A stretch of DNA of 32,000 nt, from positions 1 to 32,000 of the forward strand of contig JBAWVI010000001.1 of assembly GCA_037147375.1 (NCBI GenBank), in the 5' to 3' direction. This document shows, piece by piece, positions 1 to 8,909 of this stretch. The notes beneath the pieces were generated by a model, which saw nothing but the letters and a program-made list of their open reading frames with translations, searched no databases and was not told the DNA's origin. Every line of letters begins with the position of its first letter. Position 1 is the stretch's first letter. Both the position numbers and the translations under genes were made by a program. The stretch is from an archaeon (GTDB taxonomy: Archaea > Iainarchaeota > Iainarchaeia > Iainarchaeales > CSSED10-239).

Positions 1-1
1 A

Positions 2-1174
2 GAAGAACAAATGGTTCCAAAGAAAGATGTTTCAAAATGGTTTGGAAGTATTTATATTAAAGCAGGACTTCTTCTTGAAACAAATGAAGAAGTTTATAAG
101 AAAGAAATTGATGATCTTCAGGTTAAGATTATGAATGATGAAGATCTTCAAAATGAAATTAAGATTTTAGTTAAAGAAAGTCATGATGCATATATGGAGA
201 TAGGTTGTGAAATGGGTGTTTACCTTGATGCCTCATTCTTTGAATCAAATGCAGAAAAAGAATTCATTGAGATGAAGGATAATTTATTTATTAATCATAG
301 AGATGTATTTATTGAAAGTGAAGGTGCAATTGTTGCAGACTTAAATAATCCTGAGCTTGGTAAATTTATATTAATTAAACAAAATGGGGCTCCCCTTTAT
401 GGTGCAAAGGATATTGGGCTTGTTAAATTAAAGATGAAGGCATATCCAAAGTGTAATGATTTCTTATATATTATAGCATCTGAACAAGATTTTTATTTAA
501 AACAATTATTTACTCTCTTTAAATTAATTTATCCAGGCACAAATCATTTTCATATAAGTCATGGACTTGTAAATAGCGCTGAAGGTAAAATGAAATCAAG
601 AGAAGGAAGTATATTCTTATATGAAGATTTCAGAGATGAATTATTTTCAAGAGTTAAGGATGTATTAGTTGAGAATGGTCTTGAGATAGATGAAGAAATT
701 GTTAAGGAGATTTCATTTGGAGTAATTAAATTTGAAATGCTAAAAACAGGAGTTAATAAAAATATTTTATTTGATTTAAATGCAGCTCTTGATTTACAAG
801 GAGATTCTGCACCATATATTCAATATAGTGGGGTTAGAGCAAAGAGCATACTTAAGAAAACAGGATCTACAACTCTTAAAATAACAAAGAATCTTGGACA
901 CATCAACTTAAAACAAGAAGAAAGGGACCTTTTATCTGAAATTAGTTTATTTAAAGAAAAGGTTGAAGAAGCATATAAGGATTATAGGCCAAATATCATT
1001 GCAACTTATTGCTTAAGTTTATCAAGAAGCTTTAATAAATTTTATGCATCTTGTCAAGTATTAGATGAAGATGATACAATTAAGAATAATAGATTATTAC
1101 TTACAAAAACATTTTTAATAACCTTAACAAACGCATTATCAATACTTGGAATAAATATTCCTGATAAAATGTAA
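2..1174 (+). CDS. argS: arginyl-tRNA synthetase, C-terminal part (5' end lies off the window)
   Basis: The frame is open from the window edge. It has a KMSKS-type loop (GKMKSREGS), DSAPYIQYSGVRAKSILKK (ArgRS Y-x-Q-Y...R motif) and a DALR-type anticodon-binding tail ending in the ArgRS-typical C-terminal Met. Confidence 0.9.
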   Translation, partial: EEQMVPKKDVSKWFGSIYIKAGLLLETNEEVYKKEIDDLQVKIMNDEDLQNEIKILVKESHDAYMEIGCEMGVYLDASFFESNAEKEFIEMKDNLFINHRDVFIESEGAIVADLNNPELGKFILIKQNGAPLYGAKDIGLVKLKMKAYPKCNDFLYIIASEQDFYLKQLFTLFKLIYPGTNHFHISHGLVNSAEGKMKSREGSIFLYEDFRDELFSRVKDVLVENGLEIDEEIVKEISFGVIKFEMLKTGVNKNILFDLNAALDLQGDSAPYIQYSGVRAKSILKKTGSTTLKITKNLGHINLKQEERDLLSEISLFKEKVEEAYKDYRPNIIATYCLSLSRSFNKFYASCQVLDEDDTIKNNRLLLTKTFLITLTNALSILGINIPDKM

Positions 1175-1189
1175 TTTTGGTGAAATGCT

Positions 1190-1825
1190 TTGAAAAATAA
1201 AAATGAATTTACTGATTTTATATTTGAAGAAATTCTCGAAAAAGAACCCCAAGATACACTTACAAATGCATTATCCTCTTTATCAATTAAAACTGTATAT
1301 GTTATGAGAGAAATAAATAATAAATCAGATCTTTCTCATGAATATATGATTCCTCCATCAACCTCTAAGATTATTTTTAAAAAAGCATATTTATTTTATG
1401 ATATCTCTTTATTACAATTTCTTAAAATTAAAGACAAGGATTCTGAAAAACCAATAATTCTTGCATTTGGAGGAGATATTAAGAAAAATGCATTAATTCT
1501 TGAAAAAGAAAGAGGAATAGATATACTTTTAAATCCAATTTCTGATAAATTATCTTTTGATACTTCTTCAAGTAATCTTGCAAAAGAAAATAAAGTAATT
1601 ATTGGATTTAATCTTAATTTATTTAGAGAAAAACCATATTCATCAATTAAACAAGCAAGATTTATAATTTCTTTACTTATAAAAAACAGGATAGATATGA
1701 AATTCTGTTCCTGTGCAAGAAAAATAAATGATTTAATAGATCCAATCATCACCCAATCTATATTATTAAACTTTGAACTTGAAAAAGAAGGAACTAGAAG
1801 AATGCTTATGAAAGGAAAGGATTAG
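1190..1825 (+). CDS. rnp3: RNase P protein subunit Rpp30-like
   Basis: It sits directly upstream of Pop5 and psmA, as in the conserved archaeal superoperon. The C-terminal half (GIDILLNP, VIIGFNLNL, KFCSCARKINDLIDP) fits the Rpp30 TIM-barrel pattern by eye. A TTG start lies 6 nt after GGTGA (1179-1183). Confidence 0.6.
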   Translation: MKNKNEFTDFIFEEILEKEPQDTLTNALSSLSIKTVYVMREINNKSDLSHEYMIPPSTSKIIFKKAYLFYDISLLQFLKIKDKDSEKPIILAFGGDIKKNALILEKERGIDILLNPISDKLSFDTSSSNLAKENKVIIGFNLNLFREKPYSSIKQARFIISLLIKNRIDMKFCSCARKINDLIDPIITQSILLNFELEKEGTRRMLMKGKD

Positions 1826-1829
1826 AGAT

Positions 1830-2189
1830 ATGAAACTACAAAAGAAAAAGCTAAGTGTAATTCCTCCAACATTAAGAGATAAAAAAAGATATGTTTTATT
1901 TATTGTTTCAAAGATGCAACCAGATATTCAAAATGAACAAGATGTTTTTAGAATTGTTGTTAAGAACTTTGAGAAGATTCATGGTTTATTTAAGTCAATT
2001 TCTGCAAATCTTACAATCATTTCATTCAATAAATCTGAAAAGGAAATACTTGTAAGAGTAAACAAAGATAATCTTGATGATTTATTAACAAGCTTATTCT
2101 TTCTTAAGGACCAGTTTGGATTAATTAAGGTAAAAACAGTGAGTCAAACCATAAAAAAAAGTAAAAAAGCACTCATTTCTAAGAATTAA
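1830..2189 (+). CDS. rnp2: RNase P protein subunit Pop5/Rpp14-like
   Basis: 119 aa. N-terminal LRDKKRYVLFIV matches the Pop5 LR-x-K-x-RY motif. Its position between Rpp30 and psmA matches the conserved synteny. Confidence 0.65.
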   Translation: MKLQKKKLSVIPPTLRDKKRYVLFIVSKMQPDIQNEQDVFRIVVKNFEKIHGLFKSISANLTIISFNKSEKEILVRVNKDNLDDLLTSLFFLKDQFGLIKVKTVSQTIKKSKKALISKN

Positions 2190-2325
2190 TCTAATTATTC
2201 TCTATATAGCACAAAAATCAATTTAGGTAAGCTTTTTAATGATTATCTCCCATATATATATTATATAAAGACTATTTTGGTTATTTTAACTAATTTAATA
2301 AATTTAAGGAAAAAGGTGAATTAAT

Positions 2326-3051
2326 TTGTTTCCAGTTTCTCAAAATAATAATATGGCTCAAGCATATGATAGATCAATTACTGTTTTTAGTCCAGAAGGA
2401 CATTTATATCAGGTTGACTATGCTTCTAAAATAATTGAAAAAGGATCTCCAGCAGTTGCAATTACATATAAAGATGGAATTATTATTGTTGCAGATAAAA
2501 AAATATTTTCTTCTTTAATTATTCCTGAATCTGTTGAAAAAGTATTTAAGATTGATCAACATGTTTGGATTGCTTGCTCTGGGTTAATTGGAGATGGAAG
2601 ACGCCTTGTTGATTTTGCAAGACAAATTGCACAAGAAAATAAGACTTATTATGATGATCCTATTGAAATTGAAACACTTGTTAAAAAAGTAGCTTCAATT
2701 GTTCAATATTATACACAATATGGTGGAGCAAGACCTTTTGGGGTTTCAATAATTACAGCAGGAATTGATACTCTTGGTAAACACATATATGAAACGGAAC
2801 CAAGTGGAGCAACAACAGCATACAAGGCTGTTGCTATAGGTCAAAATAGACCAAAGTTATTAGCACACCTTGAAAAAAATTATAAACCTAACATGTCTTT
2901 TGATGATGCTCTTAAGCTTGCAATTAAAACAATTACATTAAACCTTGAACCAAAGCAAAAGCTTGAAGCTGATAATATAGAAGTTATAAACATTACAGAA
3001 GATGAGAGAAAAGCAATAGTTCCACAAGATAAATATTCAAAATTAATTTGA
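2326..3051 (+). CDS. psmA: proteasome subunit alpha
   Basis: AYDRSITVFSPEGHLYQVDYA is the proteasome alpha signature. The TTG at 2326 lies 6 nt after GGTGA (2314-2318). The alternative ATG at 2353 would give the canonical MAQAYDR N-terminus. Confidence 0.95.
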   Translation: MFPVSQNNNMAQAYDRSITVFSPEGHLYQVDYASKIIEKGSPAVAITYKDGIIIVADKKIFSSLIIPESVEKVFKIDQHVWIACSGLIGDGRRLVDFARQIAQENKTYYDDPIEIETLVKKVASIVQYYTQYGGARPFGVSIITAGIDTLGKHIYETEPSGATTAYKAVAIGQNRPKLLAHLEKNYKPNMSFDDALKLAIKTITLNLEPKQKLEADNIEVINITEDERKAIVPQDKYSKLI

Positions 3052-3072
3052 ATAAATTGGAGTTGAAGTATT

Positions 3073-3477
3073 ATGGGTAAAATATTAAAGCCAATAAAAA
3101 ATCCAAAAACATATGGTGCTAAAGCCGCAAAAGAATTAAGAGAAAATAAAACATTTAATGATCTTCATCAAACATATAAAATTTTAAATAAAGTTGATAA
3201 AAAGAATGAGCAAACCAATTATTTTAAAAATCAATTAAACTTAATGATTGGAAGAGCAAGACTAAGAACTAGATTTGAAAAAAATCCTGTTCTTTTAAAG
3301 GATATTCAAAAACACATGGAAAAAATAATAGCTGCAAATATGTTCCAAAGTGCTTTATCTAATGCAGAAAAAAGTAAAGTAATCTTAAAGGTAATGACTG
3401 ATATAAATAAATTACCTGATAGTAAAGTTTTAGATTATATTAAAGACGTTGAAAATTGGTATAGAAAACACAAATAA
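3073..3477 (+). CDS. hypothetical K/R-rich protein (134 aa), no recognisable domain
   Basis: Long ORF on the operon strand, 21 nt after psmA. GGAG-type RBS (ttggagttgaagtattATG). No competing ORF. Confidence 0.6.
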   Translation: MGKILKPIKNPKTYGAKAAKELRENKTFNDLHQTYKILNKVDKKNEQTNYFKNQLNLMIGRARLRTRFEKNPVLLKDIQKHMEKIIAANMFQSALSNAEKSKVILKVMTDINKLPDSKVLDYIKDVENWYRKHK

Positions 3478-3492
3478 ATAATATGAAAAAAT

Positions 3493-3891
3493 ATGTCTAG
3501 AATCTTACCAAAAAGACCTTTAACAAATAGAGAGCAAAAGAAGTTATCTACTGCTATTCTAACAAAAAAAGAATATCATGAAAGGTTAGGTAAGTTAAAT
3601 AAACAAAGAGCAAAAATAATCTTTGAAAAAGAAGAACTTGATTATCTAAAAGCAAAAGTAAAGGAAGAAATTTTAAAAGAAACAATAAACATTAGACTTA
3701 GAGACATTACAGAGAAAGAACAAAAAGAATTAATGAATAAAATAAATTATTTTGCAATCTCAAGAAAAAAATCAGGAATAAATGGAACAATGTATAATGA
3801 GATGTTAAGAAACATCTTAAAAGAAATGAAAAACATTCAAGATAATAAATTACGAGAATACTTGTTAACTAAATTCACCCTCACAAAATAA
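3493..3891 (+). CDS. hypothetical K/E/R-rich, probably coiled-coil protein (132 aa)
   Basis: ORF 15 nt after the previous gene on the same strand. Heptad-like charged sequence. No recognisable motif. Confidence 0.6.
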   Translation: MSRILPKRPLTNREQKKLSTAILTKKEYHERLGKLNKQRAKIIFEKEELDYLKAKVKEEILKETINIRLRDITEKEQKELMNKINYFAISRKKSGINGTMYNEMLRNILKEMKNIQDNKLREYLLTKFTLTK

Positions 3892-3907
3892 ATGATTTTA
3901 TAAATCA

Positions 3908-4420
3908 ATGAATAAAGGAGATGACAAAGATATGCCTGGACCAAAACCAGCTACGAGACCAAAATATAGATTAAAAGAAAACCCAAATTTTTTAATCTCA
4001 AAAGAATTAGTAAAATCAAGTGCTAAACATATAACAAAAGGAAAAGATATAAAAAATAAGACTCCAAAAGAAATTGAACGTTTAAATGTAATTTCAGAAA
4101 GATCAGCACATGCAAAAACAATTTTAAGAGATTTAATTTTAAGAGACTACCTTGCAGAAAGATTAAAGAAAGCAGATTCAAAATACAGAGCAAAAGTATA
4201 TGATGAAGTAAATAAATTATATCTTATTAAGGATAAATATTTAACACAAGGTAAACAAAAAGAATTTGATGATGTTATTAAAGGAATATTTAGAGAACTT
4301 AGAGGATTTGAGTTAGGGACTGGTAAAACAGGTAAATTAATTAGAAAAAATCCAATTCCTGATAAAGAAATATATGAATTCTTAAGAGAAAGAAGGATTA
4401 TATTAGAACATAGAAATTAG
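3908..4420 (+). CDS. hypothetical basic protein (170 aa) with Pro/Lys-rich N-terminus
   Basis: ORF 16 nt after the previous gene, with the next gene's RBS 18 nt downstream. No recognisable motif. Confidence 0.6.
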   Translation: MNKGDDKDMPGPKPATRPKYRLKENPNFLISKELVKSSAKHITKGKDIKNKTPKEIERLNVISERSAHAKTILRDLILRDYLAERLKKADSKYRAKVYDEVNKLYLIKDKYLTQGKQKEFDDVIKGIFRELRGFELGTGKTGKLIRKNPIPDKEIYEFLRERRIILEHRN

Positions 4421-4447
4421 ATGAAAATAAATTAAAAGGTGATGATT

Positions 4448-5173
4448 ATGTTTTATAAAGGAGAAAAAAATAATGGGAATCTTGAAAACACAGTTGTTGC
4501 TAAATTAAAAAAGAACGGACATGATTTTGAGATTCTAGTTTATCCATTTATTGCTTGGGATTATAGACATAGTCATCCAGGAATAACAATTGAACAAGTA
4601 ATTGCATATGATGAAATTTATTCAGATGTTGCAAAAGCAAATCTAGCATCAAAAGAATTATTACTTGAATGCTTTAATACTGATGATATTAGAATAATTT
4701 CAGATAAAATTATTAAAGATGGAGAAGTACAATTAACAACAACTCAAAAGCAATTATTAACAGAAAAAAGAGAGAAGGAAATTATTGATTATATTGCAAA
4801 GAATGCACATGATCCAAGAGCAAAGACTCCAATTCCTCCACAAAGATTAGTTAATGCTTTTGAAGAATTAAAAATAAAAATAAATTTAAACACACCAAAG
4901 GAAAAAGAAATAGAAGATATTTTACAAAAGTTAATGAGAATAATGCCTATTTCAATGGATAAAATTATTATTGAAGTTGAGGTCCCTGCTCTTTACACTG
5001 GAAAAGCGTCAGCAGTTATTTTTAAGTACGAGGTTGCTGAGCAAACTTGGCTTGGTTCTGGAGATTTATTTTGTAAAATTAAAATTCCAGCAGGAACAAA
5101 ACAACAATTAGTGTCTGACTTAAATAACGTAACTCATGGTAACATTGTTATTAGAGTTGAAGGCGCTCAATAA
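4448..5173 (+). CDS. SBDS-family ribosome maturation protein
   Basis: HDFEILVYP plus the three-domain length is typical of archaeal SBDS/Sdo1. Its position just before rrp4 matches the conserved synteny. Start chosen 5 nt after GGTGA (4438-4442); the track start GTG 4439 and ATG 4442 remain possible. Confidence 0.85.
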   Translation: MFYKGEKNNGNLENTVVAKLKKNGHDFEILVYPFIAWDYRHSHPGITIEQVIAYDEIYSDVAKANLASKELLLECFNTDDIRIISDKIIKDGEVQLTTTQKQLLTEKREKEIIDYIAKNAHDPRAKTPIPPQRLVNAFEELKIKINLNTPKEKEIEDILQKLMRIMPISMDKIIIEVEVPALYTGKASAVIFKYEVAEQTWLGSGDLFCKIKIPAGTKQQLVSDLNNVTHGNIVIRVEGAQ

Positions 5174-5203
5174 ATACTAAAAAATATAAGAAGGTTATAA
5201 TTT

Positions 5204-5818
5204 ATGGACAAAAAAATAGTAATACCTGGAGATTTACTAACTCTTGAAAAAAAGAAGTTAGGGCAAAATACATATATAGAAAATGAAAAAATATATAGTT
5301 CAGTTATTGGACTTGTTACTGAAAACCCTGAATATATTTCTGTAATTGCAATGAACGGACCATACTTACCAATCGTTGGAGATGGAATATTAGGAATTGT
5401 AAAATCAGAAATTGTAAATGGATATTTTCTTGATTATAATTCACCAGGAGAAATATATTTACCAAAATCAAATTTATCAAAGGAATTAAAAATTGGTTCT
5501 GTTATTTTTGCAAGAATTAGAAACATAACTGAATCAGACTCAATTGAACTTGAAAATGTAAACGTACTTCCACAAGGATGTATTTTTGATACCTCTCCAG
5601 TTAAAGTTCCAAGACTAATTGGTAAGAACGACTCTATGTTAAACTTATTCAAGCAATATACAGAATCAAGCATAGTTGTTGGAAAGAATGGATGGGTTTG
5701 GTATATTTCAAAAAAACCAAAATTACTTGAGAAAGCAATGAATTTAGTTGTAAATAATTCTCAAAAATCAAATTTAACAAACACAATCAAGGAATACCTT
5801 GAAAAAAATACAAAATAA
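5204..5818 (+). CDS. rrp4: exosome complex RNA-binding subunit Rrp4
   Basis: N-terminal VIPGDLL, an S1-like PIVGDGILGIV segment and a KH-like VPRLIGKNDSMLN...GKNGWVW segment. Located directly upstream of rrp41/rrp42. Confidence 0.85.
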   Translation: MDKKIVIPGDLLTLEKKKLGQNTYIENEKIYSSVIGLVTENPEYISVIAMNGPYLPIVGDGILGIVKSEIVNGYFLDYNSPGEIYLPKSNLSKELKIGSVIFARIRNITESDSIELENVNVLPQGCIFDTSPVKVPRLIGKNDSMLNLFKQYTESSIVVGKNGWVWYISKKPKLLEKAMNLVVNNSQKSNLTNTIKEYLEKNTK

Positions 5819-5865
5819 ATTATAGTAAATGTATTGAGACAAAAAAATAAAAAAAGTGATAAAAT

Positions 5866-6570
5866 ATGAGTGAAAGAATTGACGGTAGAAAGAATGATGA
5901 ACTTCGTCCAATTAAAATAAAATTAGGTGTTGTAAAATCAGCAGACGGTTCATGTTATCTTGAATGGGGGAGAAACACTGTTATTGCAACAGTACATGGT
6001 CCAAGACCAATCTTCCCAAAGCATTTAGCTGATGCTGAAAGATCAGTTATTGATTACAAATATAGAATGGCACCCTTTTCAGTAACTGAAAGAAAATCTC
6101 CAGTTCCTGCAAAAAGAGATAAAGAAATATCTTTAGTTTCTGGTAATGCTCTTGAATCAGTAATCTTAATTGAAAAGTTTCCAAACACAGTAATTGATAT
6201 TGATGCAATGATCTTATCAGCTGACGCTGGTACTAGAGTTGCTGCACTTACTGCTGCAACACTTGCATGTGCTGATGCTGGACTTCCAATGAGAGGACTT
6301 GTTTCTGCAGTTTCTGCAGGACGTGCAAACGGAGATCACATATTAGACTTAACTAAAGAGGAAGAAGATGCAGAGGATGCAGTTGATACTGCAATTGCTG
6401 TTCTAATGCCTCAAAAAGAAATTGTTCTTCTTCAAATGGATGGACATGTTGAGAAAGATGAATGGAAAAAAATAATAAGTATGGGAATTGTAGGTTCTGA
6501 GAAGATTTATGAACTTCAAAAGAAAGCACTTCTTGAAAAATACCCTATAGATGGTGATATTAATGAGTGA
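5866..6570 (+). CDS. rrp41: exosome complex exonuclease Rrp41 (RNase PH-like)
   Basis: RIDGRKNDELRPIKI...ADGSCYLEWG..TVIATVHGP and DADAGTRVAALTAATLA are RNase PH family signatures. Confidence 0.93.
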   Translation: MSERIDGRKNDELRPIKIKLGVVKSADGSCYLEWGRNTVIATVHGPRPIFPKHLADAERSVIDYKYRMAPFSVTERKSPVPAKRDKEISLVSGNALESVILIEKFPNTVIDIDAMILSADAGTRVAALTAATLACADAGLPMRGLVSAVSAGRANGDHILDLTKEEEDAEDAVDTAIAVLMPQKEIVLLQMDGHVEKDEWKKIISMGIVGSEKIYELQKKALLEKYPIDGDINE

Positions 6571-7360
6571 AACTTTAAAAATTGTAAATTCTGAAAACGT
6601 AATTTCAAAAATGAAAGAAGGAAAAAGACTAGATGATAGAGGACTTAATGATTACAGATCTTTAGAAATAAAAGTTGGTAACGTAAAGTCAGCTGATGGT
6701 TCATCATGGGTAAAACTTGGTAACACAGAAGTTGTTTGTGGAATCAAGTTTGTAATAGGAACTCCATATCCTGATTCTCCTGATGAAGGAAATATGAGTT
6801 TAAACCTTGAATTAACTGGACTTTCATCTCCTGATTTTAATACAGGACCTCCACAAATTGGTGCTCTTGAATATGGAAGAGTTGCTGATAGAGCAATAAG
6901 ACATGCTGATGCAATTGATTTTAAAGAACTTTGTATTATTCCTAAAGAAAAAGCATTTACTATGTTCATTGATTGTTATGCTATTAATGCAGATGGTAAT
7001 TTAATTGATGCAACAGAAATTGCAGCTCTTGCAGCTATAATGAACTCACGTATTCCAAAACTTGATGAAAATAATGTAATAATTTATGGTGAATATGATA
7101 AACAACTTAAATTAAAAACATTCCCTTTATCATTTACTTTTGAGAAAATTGGAGATAAGATAATTCTTGATGCTACAGAAGTTGAAGAATTTGCATCAAC
7201 AACAAGATTCTCACTTGGGATATACAAGAACGCAATACTTTCATGCCATAAAAGTAAGGGTGGAATTTTCACAGCTGATGAAATCAATTCTATGATTGAT
7301 ATTGCAACATCAAAGTATAATGAACTTGAAAAAATAATTAAAAACGCAATAAAGGAATAA
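6563..7360 (+). CDS. rrp42: exosome complex subunit Rrp42 (RNase PH-like, inactive type)
   Basis: RLDDRGLNDYRSLEIKVG..ADGSSWVKLGNTEVVCG is an RNase PH-like fold pattern. The ATG at 6563 lies 5 nt after GGTGA and overlaps the rrp41 stop. The track start at 6551 is the alternative. Confidence 0.9.
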   Translation: MSETLKIVNSENVISKMKEGKRLDDRGLNDYRSLEIKVGNVKSADGSSWVKLGNTEVVCGIKFVIGTPYPDSPDEGNMSLNLELTGLSSPDFNTGPPQIGALEYGRVADRAIRHADAIDFKELCIIPKEKAFTMFIDCYAINADGNLIDATEIAALAAIMNSRIPKLDENNVIIYGEYDKQLKLKTFPLSFTFEKIGDKIILDATEVEEFASTTRFSLGIYKNAILSCHKSKGGIFTADEINSMIDIATSKYNELEKIIKNAIKE

Positions 7361-7391
7361 AATTATTGGAGTTAAAAGAAGTGATAAGTAT

Positions 7392-7613
7392 ATGACAACA
7401 AAAAAAGTTAAGATTACAGGAAAACATGGAGTTAGAGCAGGAGTAGGAATTAGAAAGAAATACCTTCTTGCAACAACTACAGACAAAACAAAGTATGTTT
7501 GCCCTAAGTGTGGGTTCTCAGGAAAGATATCAAGAACTGCAAAAGGAATTTTTAAATGTTCTAAATGTAAGACTATGATATCTGGTGGAGCATATAAGCT
7601 TAAAACAAACTAA
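7392..7613 (+). CDS. rpl37ae: 50S ribosomal protein L37Ae (eL43)
   Basis: 73 aa. GKHGVRAGVGIRKK plus a CPKC...CSKC zinc ribbon. Conserved position after rrp42. Confidence 0.9.
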   Translation: MTTKKVKITGKHGVRAGVGIRKKYLLATTTDKTKYVCPKCGFSGKISRTAKGIFKCSKCKTMISGGAYKLKTN

Positions 7614-7650
7614 ATAGAAAATAAAATAATTATAAAGTAAAGGTGGAAAA

Positions 7651-7779
7651 ATGTATACCTGTGCAAGATGTAAAGAAAATTATGAAGAATTACCTGAAAA
7701 CAATAAATGTAGATCATGTGGTTCTAGAATATTCTATAAAAAAAGAGAGCCTGTTTTAAAAAAGGTAAAAGCATACTAA
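7651..7779 (+). CDS. rpoP: DNA-directed RNA polymerase subunit P (Rpo12)
   Basis: 42-aa ORF not in the supplied track: MYTCARCKENYEELPENNKCRSCGSRIFYKKREPVLKKVKAY. It has a C-x2-C...C-x2-C zinc ribbon, an RBS (aaGGTGGaaaaATG) and the conserved position after L37Ae. Confidence 0.75.
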   Translation: MYTCARCKENYEELPENNKCRSCGSRIFYKKREPVLKKVKAY

Positions 7780-7798
7780 ATATAATAGGTAATCCAAG

Positions 7799-8296
7799 AT
7801 GTATGTAACAGTATCTAGAAAAGCAGATAATTTTGTTAAGAAATTTTCAAAATATATTTCTCTTTTCATAAACGATATCAAATATATTCCAAGAGGAAAG
7901 ACTCCTCTTAGTAAAATATTTGAGTCTGCTATATTTCTTGGACATTCTTACTTTCTAATCTCCAGAAAACTAGAAAAAGATCAAGTTTCTCTCTTAGTTT
8001 ACAAAATAAACTATGAAAAAAAGGGTTTCTTTCCAGACAAGGAGATAATCTTTAGAGTTATTGAAATGAATTCAACCTTTTCTCAAAAGGAACTAAGCAA
8101 GATAAAGCAAGATTTTGATTTTTCTGATAAAGATAAAATATTTTATTTTATAGATTGTAAAAAGAAAGGAGATTTTGGAATTTTTGTTGATGATGCGCAA
8201 GAAAAAATATATTCATTTAAATTAAATAATAAAGATCTTGGTTTCTTCTTAATTCACATGCAAACAAAAAAATTTAAGGAGATGAAGGTTGCTTGA
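7799..8296 (+). CDS. Brix-domain (Imp4-like) ribosome biogenesis protein
   Basis: N-terminal VTVSRKADNFVKKFSKYISLFI...YIPRGKTPLSKIFE mirrors the archaeal Brix pattern (TTSRKPS..R.F.K.L......RGK..L.EL). Conserved superoperon position. Confidence 0.7.
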   Translation: MYVTVSRKADNFVKKFSKYISLFINDIKYIPRGKTPLSKIFESAIFLGHSYFLISRKLEKDQVSLLVYKINYEKKGFFPDKEIIFRVIEMNSTFSQKELSKIKQDFDFSDKDKIFYFIDCKKKGDFGIFVDDAQEKIYSFKLNNKDLGFFLIHMQTKKFKEMKVA

Positions 8297-8538
8297 TTGG
8301 ACAAATCATATCTAATGAAATCATAATTAAAACAAAAGATCCAAAGAACCTAAAGAAGCTTCTTGATCTTGAGTTTGAAAGAAAGAAATATAATAGATCT
8401 GAATCAAAAACCACAATAACAAAAGAAGGAATAAAGATAGAAATTCAAGCACAGGACATAATTGCATTTAAGGCAACAGTTAATAATTATATAAATATTA
8501 TAGAATTAATTAAAAAAACTTATGAGGTGGATTTATGA
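8293..8538 (+). CDS. pcc1: KEOPS subunit Pcc1-like small protein
   Basis: 81 aa. IKIEIQAQDIIAFKATVNNYINIIELIKK resembles the Pcc1 A.D..ALRA..NS.LR pattern. It lies between Brix and prefoldin beta as in other archaea. There is no in-frame ATG; the TTG start overlaps the Brix stop. Confidence 0.55.
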   Translation: MIGQIISNEIIIKTKDPKNLKKLLDLEFERKKYNRSESKTTITKEGIKIEIQAQDIIAFKATVNNYINIIELIKKTYEVDL

Positions 8539-8909
8539 ACAAAGATAAAGATATGAAAGATAATTCAGGAGCAGTAAATGCTTACAAACAACAATTAATG
8601 TTTATAACTAATCAAAAACAACAAATGCAGTTTCAATCAAACATCTTAGATTCTACAATTAAGGAGCTTGAAACTACAAAAGAAAAAAAAGTTTACAAGG
8701 GAACAGGAAATATCTTTATTTCAAAGAACGTAGAAGATGTTTTAAAGGAAACAAAAGAAACTAAGGAAACAATTGCACTAAGAATTAAGACTCTTGAAAA
8801 ACAAGAAAATGAGCTTGTTAAGAAGTTAAATGAGCTTACAAGAACTGGAGATAAACCAGGTAAAAAGAATTCTAATTCAGATGATGATAACGTAGAAGGA
8901 GTTGCTTAA
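8535..8909 (+). CDS. pfdB: prefoldin subunit beta
   Basis: Two coiled-coil arms flank a central beta hairpin (KVYKGTGNIFISK). Q-rich N-terminal helix. ATGA overlap with the previous gene. Confidence 0.85.
   Translation: MNKDKDMKDNSGAVNAYKQQLMFITNQKQQMQFQSNILDSTIKELETTKEKKVYKGTGNIFISKNVEDVLKETKETKETIALRIKTLEKQENELVKKLNELTRTGDKPGKKNSNSDDDNVEGVA

Noticed and set aside
1121-1306. The peptide TLTNALS-x-L-x-I occurs both at the argS C-terminus (nt 1121-1171) and near the Rpp30 N-terminus (nt 1256-1306). The terminal Met of ArgRS aligns with an internal Met of Rpp30. This could be a duplicated argS 3' end, which would imply a later Rpp30 start at 1304.
   Set aside because: By hand count, nucleotide identity over the 51 aligned nt is 29/51, concentrated in a 14-nt core. 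The full-length ORF from TTG 1190 has a correctly spaced GGTGA RBS and an Rpp30-like length of about 210 aa. I cannot distinguish an ancient micro-duplication from coincidence, and it is not enough to change the annotation.
4438-4444. GTGATGA (C-box-like) upstream of SBDS, as a possible C/D-box sRNA.
   Set aside because: It coincides with the GGTGA RBS and start region of SBDS. No matching D box (CTGA) or terminal stem lies at the expected distance.
8745-8771. Short tandem repeat encoding KETKETKET in prefoldin beta.
   Set aside because: It is a three-unit low-complexity repeat within a coiled-coil arm, and nothing suggests a function beyond the helix.
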